Positions 1 to 14,389 of a DNA stretch of 64,000 nt are shown one piece after another. The first letter of the stretch is position 1; every line of letters begins with the position of its first letter. Location: the NCBI GenBank assembly GCA_037447605.1, contig CM074804.1, forward strand, positions 3,511,909-3,575,908, written 5' to 3'. The notes beneath the pieces were generated by a model, which worked only from the letters and a program-made list of their open reading frames with translations, was not told the origin of the DNA and did no database searches. Source of the stretch: Zygnema circumcarinatum SAG 698-1b. Its lineage: Eukaryota > Plantae > Zygnematophyceae. A program made the position numbers and the translations under genes.

Positions 1-164
1 TGATTGAAAATGCTCATACGTCAATGTTTTCTGCTCACAACAATCGCAATGGTGTTCTGAAACGTCATGCATTCACAACGTGGCTAATATTTTATGCAGT
101 TTTTGGTCGCTTCTCCTCTCCAGGCTTGCAAGCACATTGTAATCATTGCTGGTGCTATTTGCAG

Positions 165-3244
<3,080 letters not shown>

Positions 3245-4920
3245 GTGAGCTCTTTGTCACTCTCCTATTGGTTGTTCTGTCTGCTACACCTCCCATCGGC
3301 TGTATGGGAGTCACATTGCAATGTTTTGTTTGGCCTTCTCTTGATGAATGCGTACCTTTACTCTTGTTCATTCCTTTGAATAATCAGCCGACACGGTCTC
3401 AAGAATTTCCTTCCGGGGGCTAATTTCCTATATGAGACTTGTTTCGGTCGTTTTCTCTCCGATGGACGCGTCCTCAAGGGCCATATCTTCACTCTATTAC
3501 TGCTCAAAACGAAATCTGGGATGACCCATTGCCCTTCATGTTGAGTCCATGCTGTAGCTCATCAATTCACTCACTCTCTGTTTCGATGGGAGGGGTTTGC
3601 AGCTTTTAAGATTGGCACGCCCTTGATGTCGGCTATAGAAGCACTTTGTGCCACGTCAGCAGACTGACGTGGCAAGTGGCGTACGCGGCTGATTTTCATA
3701 ACGCTGTTTCTGTACATAGTGTGGACATCACTTGTGGATCTGAATTGTATGGGCCTGAAGTTCCTTTACAACAATAAAGGTAACAGCAGCAGCTTCAATG
3801 GCTGGGAAGCTATCCGGGAATCTTATTGGACGGCGACCTCATAAAGAGAGGCGGCCTTACTCGTCCCTTGGAGCACTTAATGGTTTGGCTACTTGCCAGA
3901 AATCGGTTGGATTTGGAAGCAGGGTCTGAACTCAACACAGGCATTGGAGGAGCTTGTTGTCGTCATATGGTATCTGCAGTTCCTGTTTTACAATGACTGC
4001 GGCCCCCTTTGTTGCAAGGGCAGGGCTGCGAAGCCGCAGTCCAACCAGTGCGTGTGTGTCCATAAGATGGCGCAGCGAAGGGACCGTTGGATCAATGAAT
4101 GATATTTGAACGATCCACTTTTTATACAGATGATTCATGCTCTCCCTTTCTTCATACTTTACAAGCTTTGTACATCCTCCTGTACATTGGCCAAGGTCGG
4201 ACCTGTTAAAAGCAGAAACCAGTATGCAGTTTCGGCCAACTTGACCTAAAAAAACTTAAGGCCCTCCCATCACTCCGGCAGCACTGCTCTCACTGTACAA
4301 CATGAACATGCGTTCCGCTGCAGGTCTGGCTAAACCCTCCATCCGATCATACAACCGGGAAGGGACAAAATCATAGCTATGTACTATAGGTCGTTTTCCC
4401 CTGCAGGGGCTGTGGCATGCTAAGACCCATGCCCATCATTGACTTCCATCACCATCTTGTGGCAGTCTGAAAGAACGCTTACACGAACCTCTTAACATAA
4501 ATGAAACTGTCCTGGCATGGAGGGCGGAGTGTCGGGAGCCTCCCAGTTCCTGCCAAAAGCCTCTCTCAGTAGAGGCAGATTGGAAGGCTCACGCGCTGCC
4601 ACCCGTCCCTACCTGAGAGGCTGAATCGTCCAGTCCTGCCAGGAGCCACATCACGACGCCCTGTTCTCAGGGAGTGAGAGCACTTGTAGAGGTAGACAGG
4701 AGACTGGAAGCTTCACAGCTGCTTCTCATCCTTGACCCGCCCTCCAGCTGCTTCTCGGCTAACTGGGCCACTTCTCAGAGGAAACTTAAGTCGTTGTTGT
4801 AAAGGGGCACAGTCTCTGAATTTTTGAATTTATTCATTCAACAAAAATGACGTTACAGCAATGCTCTGAAAGCGTTGATGTTTCAACACTATCTCACAGG
4901 GCAATGTACAGAAGCAATTT

Positions 4921-7900
4921 TCAAGCTGCATAGGGGGCAGGCTGCAGAGGCCCTACTTGGCGCTGCCGGAGCAGCTTGAGGGGCACCTCCAGGTCTGCCG
5001 CCAGGCTGCTGATGGAGCGGCTTGCATACTGTGCCCCTGCGCCGCCATTGCCCGCCCCGAGGACCTCTGCCCGGCTGCGCTGCCGGAGAAGGGCAGCCTG
5101 CAAGAACTGCAGCTTGGCCTCCAAGGGCGCCTGCCCTGCTCTCTCGTCCGCCACTTGATCATGGCCCAGCAACAGATCCTGCCAAAACGACAAGAAGCTC
5201 CACACGACGGGCATCAGTTAAATCATTCAGCGGTGCCACAAATCTGGGAGAAACCTGGCCCTTTTCCTGAGAAGCAAAACTCATCTCGGTCCCTACTAAT
5301 GCACTGAGTTGCAGTTCTACGTCGCCAATAGCACAGCCCACCTGGAAAAGCGCCGGGAAGGTGGTTAGCAGTGAGCGCGGAAACATGGCTCCAAGGTGTA
5401 CGGATCCCACTCCCAACGCCAGGGTTACCCCCACCATGCGCAGCAGCAGCATGTAGCTGTGCACCCTCTCGCTCGCCGGTGCGCGTAGCCGAAAGTCCGC
5501 CACGGCATCGCGGCAGGGCCCGTCGTGGAGGCCCAATTGGTCCTCGAGGTACGCGGCGCCGCCCTCCCCCGTCAGCCCCGCCTCCGCCAATGCGGCGCAG
5601 TCAAAAAGCAGCGCGAGAAGCTGCTCACAGGCGGCAACAGCGTCTGCCGCTGCGGAGGCTGTGGGGCCCGCCAGCCCTGCACGCACAATTCTACTGCTAA
5701 TGTCAGGGTTTGCTATGCTATTCCCTCCTCCCTAGGGAGGTTTGAAGGGCTTTAAGTTTGCTTTCAGTCACCGCTTGTCATGCTCCCGCTACGTGGGAGT
5801 AGGTTTACTTGCTGGAGTTCTCGGCGATCGAGGCTCAGGGTGGTATTATCTACTCTGTGTTCAAAGTCTGCAGGCGGACATCCTGCTCATGCTATGGCTG
5901 TTTGCAGCGGTTTCCTTATTTGCCGCCCATTCTGCTTTAAAGAAGAAACCTGTATGCGATGTTGCCAAATAAGTCTAATTCATTCAATAAACTCAACTAC
6001 TTACCGAGTGCCTCTGCACACTCCTCGTCTGTAGGTGCTCGGCCCAAACGCTCCACCAATGTTACTATGGATGCTGCCCGAGGCCCCACAAGGGAAGCCC
6101 ACACAGAGGATGCGATTCCCCCTTTGAGGCCGAGTGTAGAGATCTGAGCCATGTGCTCCTGCGCGTGGAGGAGGAGCTCTCTCCCTCCTTCTGCAGGAGC
6201 ACTCGCCCACTGCCTGCAGAGCTCAAGCGAGCAATGTGCTGCGAGGATGTCAGCCTGACAGCTGCCTGGAAATCGCTGCATCACCTGCTTCAGAAGCATT
6301 CCTACTGCTTCTCTTCTCCTTTTCCCAGAGTCTGCTGCTTTGACTGCATGCTCTCCAGCCGCAGCTTCCTCTCCTCCACGCCCTGCATTCTCCTCCTTGC
6401 CATCATCAGGGTTGAGCACTCGGTTGGCCCCCCGGAGGGCTGATGGGGAAGGGGAGATAAGGAGCTGCAGGCGAGCAGCCCAGGGAGCTGCAGGGAAGGA
6501 GGGAGTCTCTGCAGCGGAGGGCAGACGGCGGGAGGGAGGAGGGTAGCCGCGCAGCTCTGCTTCGTGCACTGTTCGGCGCACAGCGCGGCCAAGCCAAAAA
6601 GCATCCTCCGCCTGCCTGCCGATTTTTCTCCATTGCTCAGCTCCTTCCTGCCATTCCATCCCCAAAGCCAACTCAGCCCTCCAAGGATGGTATCCAGTTT
6701 GCATGCGCTGCAATCCTGCTGCAAAGCCTGCGATTCCATGGCGTTCAAACGGGAGAGCTTACCTCAAGCCATGCCAACTCTTCATCCGCAACATTCCATA
6801 TGTTGCGTTGTCCACCATTTTCCTCCTCTTCCGCGGCATAATAGTCGGTTCGCAGAGCTGCTTGCTCTGCATCTGCAGCCATTGAGCACACCCTCGCAAG
6901 CAGCAGTACTGACCCTGTTGCAGGACTGCGATGACACCACTCGAAGAAAACCGGATACCTCCCTCCTTTGAGAATGTCGCCAGCCGGCCCTCCCCCTGTT
7001 GGAGCCCATCTCACGCCTTCAGCAGCCCTATTACTGCCACCACCTCTCCTACCTTCTAACGTTGTCTCTCCCCAGAAGCACCCCATGAATGGAAGTAAGT
7101 CAAGCCAAAGAGAAGGGTCAACACCCAGCAACTCCTCCAAGGCTGCTTTTGAATACCAACTGAGGAAGAGATGCTGCCACTCTCTGCCTGGGAGAGGGAG
7201 GGCGGCCATGGCCTTGAGGGTGCGTCCTGCAGCCTCCTGCCCTTCAAGCAGACCCGTGAAAAGTGCTCCTCCCACAGCCGATAGAAGCCGTAAGCTGTCG
7301 TCACCCTCTCCCCCTCCCTTAATGCCTCCAACTGAACTGGACGCTAATGCTGCCTCCCCTCCCAGAATCAATTTCAGCCCTTTCATGGAGCCTTTCCCTT
7401 GTCTGTTTTGTACACCTACAGAAGGAGGCACAACGCTGGGGTTCCATATGAAGGCACGCAAAAAGTCTCCGCAGGTAGGCAGAGGCATTGGTGCTCTACA
7501 ACCCCCCTCCCTCTGCTTCTCCCCTTCATCTTTTACCTCTCCTACGTCCAACCAGGAGCGCAGGTCAGCTCCGGGCTCCCATGTGCGGCTAATTCCCCCC
7601 TTACTTCCCCCATGTAGGCCTTCCTCTTTAGTCTTTACTTTGGTCGTAGCAAAGACGCCAACAGATTTTGGAATGCCTTTCAGTTTCAGCTTCTGGTAAG
7701 GCCCCCCATCAACGACTACATTGCCCTTTTTCTCAGCTTGAGAAGAGTCCGAAAGGTCAGATTCCAGTGACCGGCTTCCGCCAAACTGCTGTTGATGATT
7801 GACTTCCAATTCTATGAAGACTTCTAGAAGGTGCTCCTGCCATCTCAAGCTGCCTTGCCTCTCTTGCAGTTGCAGAAGCAACGGCTGCTCAAGCAGCCTT

Positions 7901-10900
7901 TCTGCTTCTCCCTTGCCTCTCACGTGCTCCTCTCCTCCCTCATCTGTAGAGCCACTCGTACTCTCTTTCCTGCCCCCCTCCTCAGCCACAGTGGTGCCAA
8001 CAGAATCCTCTCTCACCCAAGAGGAGGGAGTTCGTCTGCGAAGGGTAGCTGCACCAACGAAGGGTCGGTCCATGGGTTCCCTCACAGCAGATGGCGGAGC
8101 TGATTCCGTGCGCTGTGCCGCACTTTGCTCTCCTGCTCCTTCAAGAGAGAGGCGGGATTGGGGAAGGCGTGGAGAAAGCGTCGCATGCATGGATTCGGAT
8201 ATTTTGTGAACGGAGTTGAGGGTTAGGAGCACCATGCGGACAGCTCTGAGGTGACTCTCTACTGACAAAGAGGGCCGCAAAGCTATCAGCATGTCCAAGG
8301 CCTGCAACCATTTGAAAGACAGAATGTCAATTACAGTTTAAAAAAAATGGGTTTAGTCAATTCATAGTCCCTACAGCACTGGGAGCGGACACACACACTG
8401 GCAGCGGAACGGATTGACCATGTTGAGAGTAGGGTAGAAGTTCCTGTCTGCTAAGTACTCAACATGAATAAGTGTCCAAAAACTCTGCCAAACTGATAAA
8501 TGTTCAGGAAATGGTATGGAATAAGGTGCACACTGAGTTGTCATCCTAGCATTTAGCATGCTTACCTCTTGTCTGGTGACTATCATCTACGTTATGGAGT
8601 GGTATAAAGACTTTTTGGAGCATGCGAATGGGGAGAAGGGCGGGAAACATCAGGAGAGTGATAGGCGCTCCACTACCAAACGAGCGCTGAAGTGCTCTCA
8701 GGAGGAAGCAGACGCCGCTTCACAAGCACTAATTGCCTGAAGAATTTTACCTGAGCATTGCATCCGAAAACCAGGAATTTTAAAGATTTTTTCTTTCTCA
8801 TGCAAGAGAAGGACCGGTCCCACCTTGAGCTGCCGTGTAGGGGAGTCCAGAGCTTCCAGCAGCTGCAGAATGACCTTCTCCTCCTCTTTTGCAAATCCGA
8901 AGTCGACAGTTGAAGTCTGCAAGCCTATCTGCACTGCCTCCCCTGCGCCGGCCCCTCTCTCCCCGGCATGCGAATGCAGCTGCACTACCACTTCTTTGGC
9001 TGCATCCAACGCTCCGCCATAGCTCTGCAGCACGTCTCTGAGGGTCTGATAGATGTCCCATTCCGAGGGAGGGCCTCCTTCACTACCAGCAGATGCCGAC
9101 GAGGGCAAGTGTCTGCACAACAGCGGCGCAGAAAGCAAGAAGACCTGAGGAATAGAGTTGTATAAACTGGAGGTCTAGCAGGAATGGTTTTGCGGATGTA
9201 AGCCGAATGGTATCAGGGTTCTCAGAAGAGTCTCGACAGGCTCAATCCCTGAAATGACAAGTCAGTCTCTACACGCAGAAATCCGTAGCTCTCTATAGCC
9301 TGTAGAGCTCATACCGAGAAGCAGCAGTCAAGGAAGGCGAAATCTCAAAGAGCTGCCCCCCCCGCCCGTCCAGTAGGTGTGCCCGCACCCTCCCTCCCGC
9401 CGCCCCGAAGCAGCTCGCGGGCTGCAGCAGGCGGCAGTTAGGGCCACAGCGCAGCCCTAAAAGGCGGGGCCCATTTCGCAGCTGCCACACCTGCAGGGCG
9501 GAAGTCTGCACTTGTCAGCTGTGAAGGACACGAGTCAAATCTAGTTCCTCAATCTAAACTCGAATTCAAAAAGAATCTATGCGACAACATTTACTTGAGA
9601 CGACTTGGGTGCTGAAAGTGGATTTCAAATCCTGAGAACGTACTTCTGGTAGCCAATGAAATCGTTTTTCCAATTCTATTATTGTCTACTTGCCATTCGA
9701 GTCAGCTCTCCAGCTTTCTCCCCTGGTAGAGAATGAGGCCCTACCTCCAAAACTCCTTTGCGTGGAGCAAAAATGGCGAGGCAGAGTCGCATATTTGAGG
9801 TCCCGTTTGGCCCTTCTCCCTCCAGACCCCCTCCCGGCCGGCCAACAGTGGGAGAAGGAGTCTCCAGAAAGGCGCAGCTCGCATCGCGATAGCCCTGCAG
9901 GACACATCGCTTCACTTCATTCACCTCCAGGATTCCATCCTAGTAATGCCCCTACTCGACAAGGGAAACCTTTTCAAGGCACCATTCTGCTGTACAAAGG
10001 TTGCTGAAAGTGTTAAGTTCAGTGTTAGACATAGGCTCAGGATGTATCCTTGTACTGGAACAATAACCAGTACGAGCAAAAGACTCGTACCAGCAAGTAG
10101 CACAACATCTTTTCTCTAGCTACAAATCTCTCCAGATCTTTCGCAGCCTCGAGGATGAAAGTTGCTTTGCTCAGAAAATGGTTGTCAGGATATATAAGAT
10201 TAACGCCAAATAGCAGTGCTCTTTGAATCCCAGCAAATATGGCTCATTTCCCTTTCTCCACATGCCCGTGCCCACGACATAAAATCTCGACAATCCTTCA
10301 TCGTTGTCTTTAAACAGGTGGTCATGATAAAGAGGTGGCAACAAGCACAGAAATAATGATCAACAAAACTGTGCAAATAAAGTATACCCGCTGAATGACT
10401 GGTTGCAGTAATCATTTCGAACCATTAGCACTCACGAGAACAAACAACAACAAACAACAAACAAACAACAACTTGCCCAGCTCTGCATTCACCTCGCGCT
10501 TTGCCTCCTATGTCTCCCATGCTTCTTGTGCCAGAGGAAGGGCCACCCACTGCTGCAAAGTCGCAGCTTCACAGTTCCGAGAGCCTCTCTCTCACCTTCC
10601 ATATTCGCACAACCGCAAAAGTCGCCGCGTCAAGCAGCATCACTCGCCCGAGCGAGTCCGCTGCCGCCATGAGAGGGCCCCGCGGAGCGACCGTCAGCGA
10701 AGTAACGCAGCGAAGCGGGTCTCTGAGAGCTGCTGCCAACGGAGCAGACTCCCCTTTCTCCACAGCCTGTGCGTCTACCGGAAGCCCCTTCTTGCCTGCA
10801 GCTGTGCTGCAGACTAGCCACGCAGCCCACCCTTCCATCGCCACTGTCACATAAGAGACACTATGCTATGTGATGCATGTTTGACAAGATGCGTCTGAAC

Positions 10901-13900
10901 AGAGCCCACCTGCTGTTGGCCGTGAGCCCAATGTTGGCGATGAGCAGGTGCGCTGCCTCTGTGCTCCACGCGGGCAGGCCGAGGTCCGCCCCAAGTTTGG
11001 GGGCCTTTGCGACAGTGGCTCGGCCGAGGGAGTACGCGGAGGAGGCCGCGGAGGAGACTCTGCGGGCAACACGCGATGCGAGCAACGAGGCCGAGAGAGT
11101 TCCGGAATCCTCCGCAGCACTGCAAGGTGAACATTCCATTCTATTTTAAGGGACAGACTGAAACTTCGAAGAGTCTGTTTTGAATGTGGAGTCACACGAA
11201 TTTCGAATTCGTTAGCCGCAAAAACTCTCTAAAAAGCATCAGCAGCAAAGCTGGGAGGGTTGATTCAAACAGCATACCTGAAAGTGGCAATTGCTGGGTC
11301 CCTTCCCACGGTTACCATGCAGTAGTGAGGTTTCAAATCCTGTCAAGTGAACCCTCTGCAGTGAAATAAGTCTGGCATGGAACCATATCGAGTCTCCGAA
11401 AAAAAAACTAGCACCAAATCGACTACCGAGACACAAGCAAAGTGCAAGTGGTTGCGGACAGGCTACCAGTTAATACCCCACTGTATAAACGATCAATCAG
11501 TTCCCATTCATAGACAGCAGAGACCTTCAACCTGGAAAGAGTGTGAGGGAATACCGGGGGCTCGAACAGGGAGGTTGGCCGAAGCCCTGCTACAGCACCA
11601 TCGGAGCAGGGCCCGAGGCCCTTCTGCATTCTCCACTTTCTGAAGGAGAGACCTGCCGCCTCTCCGCCTGCACTCCCCGACTTCTCCGCCACCAGACTGC
11701 GACGCAGCACCGACTGCAACCGCAGAGGCACGGAAGCACAATCTTGAAGAGTTCTTGAAGCAATGCTCAAGTTCAATCCGTCTTATGCCCAAGTTCTAGA
11801 TGGCTCCCCGCATAAAAAAGAAAAAACATCAAAATGCGAGGACGATACCTTCACATCCTCAAAGCAGAAAACGCTTGCACTCTCTCATGGCTGCTGCCAG
11901 TCTCGGCAGAGTCATGCGTGAGAACAGTGATAGGGAGAGAGGGAGGGAGTGCAGGCCGACCTGCAGCTCTACGGCATCGATGCGAACGAGGGCGGTTGCA
12001 AACACAGCGCAGAGGTCCTGAGAAGGGTCTGCGCGGCTCATGCCTGCAGTGGGACCTCGAGCCCTCAAACGGAGCAGGGGGCCAACGTGCAGCATCTGCC
12101 CCTCCGTGAACCAATTGCCATAAAGTTAAGGGTCACATGTCCATCCAATCTACATATAAAACGCAGTTTATTCCTTGTGTTGTTCTGGTCATTTCCTCTG
12201 GCAGGCATAGTCAACGAATACGCTAAAATGACCTGCAGGTATAGTTTCAAGCAATCTACATCGAGGAATTCTGACAACTGCAGACGGACTCAGCTGCAGG
12301 CATGAAGAAAAACGAACACCGAATAAAACATGGAAAAGTAACGGAGAAAATGGAAGACGCAGTAAAGAAGACTCGATAGCATAGTAAAGCTAGTCATATA
12401 CACCCATCTGTACAAAACTTCAAGACCGAACCCAGCTTCAGACTGTGCACAGAGCTCTAGCATAAGGCTGAGTATACGAACATAGCCGCTTCGATGGATT
12501 AGGTAACAAGCTGCAGTTTGGATCAACAGATTATCGTTTTCTCATAGGCAAGCGAAAACATATGAATGAAAATCCAGTGGGGACATTACCACACTAAAGA
12601 GAGTGCGCCTGATTAGTACCTGCCTCGCAAGCAGATGTCCGCTGTGGGAGTAAATGAGTAGCCACCCCTCCGACGTCCCTAAGGCTAAGCCCACAAAGGT
12701 CCCGTGAAGAGGGCGGGGCCCGCCCTCCTGGCTGCGACTTGCGAACTGTAGCCACTCGAGGCAGGTGATGCTCTCCACTTCGTTGCAGACAAAAGCGCGT
12801 GGAGAAACGTCTCCAGTGCTGTGCAACACACAAAACAGAAGGAAATTATGTCTCTACTAATTTATAGACAGTTATCAACTTGTTTACAACTCGAACCGGT
12901 TGCAGATAGAAGCTTCATAGCCCTCAATAAAACAAGCGGCAAAAAAAGGAACATTACTTAGTGGAGTGGCAACAGGAACAATAGACACAGAGTCTAGATC
13001 TTTATGCATATCTCATCAAGTCTTACGATCGTTGAGTTGTTCCACTGAATTCATGCCTGCATCCTTGCCCTTTCCCCCACAATGCCGACAAACAATCTTG
13101 GGCTGTCCTGTAGTACTTTGACTTCTACATACACGAACTATCACCATAGACCTGATGCAATTTTTGACTTCAATGGATGTATGGCCTACCTGCCCGTAGT
13201 GTTCGCTATCACAAGGTCCTGGCCTCTGGCAAACGCCAGAAATTCACCTCCGTCAAGCAGTGCCACACTTAGTGCAGGATCCTCAAGTTGTAAAGGTTTA
13301 GCGAGCCCTTTTTCTTTCTTGATACTTGATGTGTTGGTCTTCGTCCACTGAGTCTCTGAGCTATGGCCTGGACGATTATTAGCTGGATTCCCAGGCTGAA
13401 GGGCACTTGCAATTTCCTCCACAACCAATCGTCCACAAACTCGAAGTCCCTTACTTTTTGCTGAGGATAAAAGTTGAATCCAGAACAACATCCCACCAGT
13501 ATGAGGGCAAATGCCGCATTTGAATATAAACATGACATATTTGGGCTGAAGTGTCCAAAATGTCTGAATCAAAGTCAACCTTGCATACGAGTGGAAAGCA
13601 GAGGAGACGGCAAACGGCTGACGGAGGAGCTAGGAAAGCGAGGAGGGAAAAATGTTTGCACTTTTCCAAAATAGGTTGCGGCACTCGATGTAATCTTTCC
13701 CTTAGACCGTTATGCAAACAAGGGGAATCTGAAATCTCGTAGACACCCTACGTGACAATTCCCCTATTTCAGGGACATTTGCTTATCCTCCATGTGAAAG
13801 TGATTATATAAATTTCACCGTAATTATGTATAAGGGCACTTCATGTTCTCTCATGAGATCTTCAGCTCTGATTGTGAATATAGCACGCACAGCAAGCATA

Positions 13901-13993
13901 GTCAATACAAAATCCTCTAGCAAGTTGAACCCTAACAAAGAGCAGATGTTTTCCACCTCATCCTTGATTGTTTAGCTTACCTCTGTGCGCCAT
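4921..13993 (-). CDS. RAB3GAP2: Rab3 GTPase-activating protein non-catalytic subunit, multi-exon, with N-terminal and C-terminal domains; 3' end uncertain (may extend to ~4250)
   Basis: ATG at 13993 (MAHR, then GT donor). Exon peptides ITCLEWLQF..ALGTSEGWLLIYSHSGHLLARQ, LRDPLRCVTSLTVAPRGPLMAAADSLGRVMLLDAATFAVVRIWK, GYRDASCAF..LCLAIFAPRKGVLEV and WQLRNGPRLL match the RAB3GAP2 N-domain. Downstream exons (8307-6766, ~6710-6090, ~5690-5340, ~5170-4960) match the C-domain. Confidence 0.9.
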
Positions 13994-14389
13994 GGCAGCA
14001 CCCTGTTCCGCGGCCTGTTGACTTGCACTTGCCGAGGAGTTCAGGGTTGCGCGGCTTCAGCTATGACTGCCTCCCCCCATCTTCCCTCACATCCCTCCCC
14101 CTTCTCGCCAACTCCCGTAGTCATTAGAGGTCCTTCCCATTATCCCAAGATCAGTCCCGAAATTGCAGTTTTGAAAACCAAGTCCCTTTTAGAGAACCGC
14201 AAACAGTGCCAGAAATGTAACCTCCCCAAGCGGCCCAACCGAACCTCGGGCGGTCGGAAGCTTGGTTTGTAAGTTCCGGAACTCGAGAGCTTGGCATTAT
14301 AATTTCCGGCAAGCTGTCAACTTTTGAACACATGGAAACTGGCAGAAACTCGTTTTCAAAGCAGGCATCTCCACCTCTGAAAGGCAGCC
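13994..14389. promoter_or_regulatory. Short bidirectional promoter between RAB3GAP2 and USE1
   Basis: Divergent start codons at 13993 (-) and 14390 (+) are about 400 bp apart. Confidence 0.7.

Noticed and set aside
10046-10056. GTATCCTT U12-type donor motif
   Set aside because: It is on the strand opposite the host gene (RAB3GAP2 is minus); the same applies to the motif near 56907.
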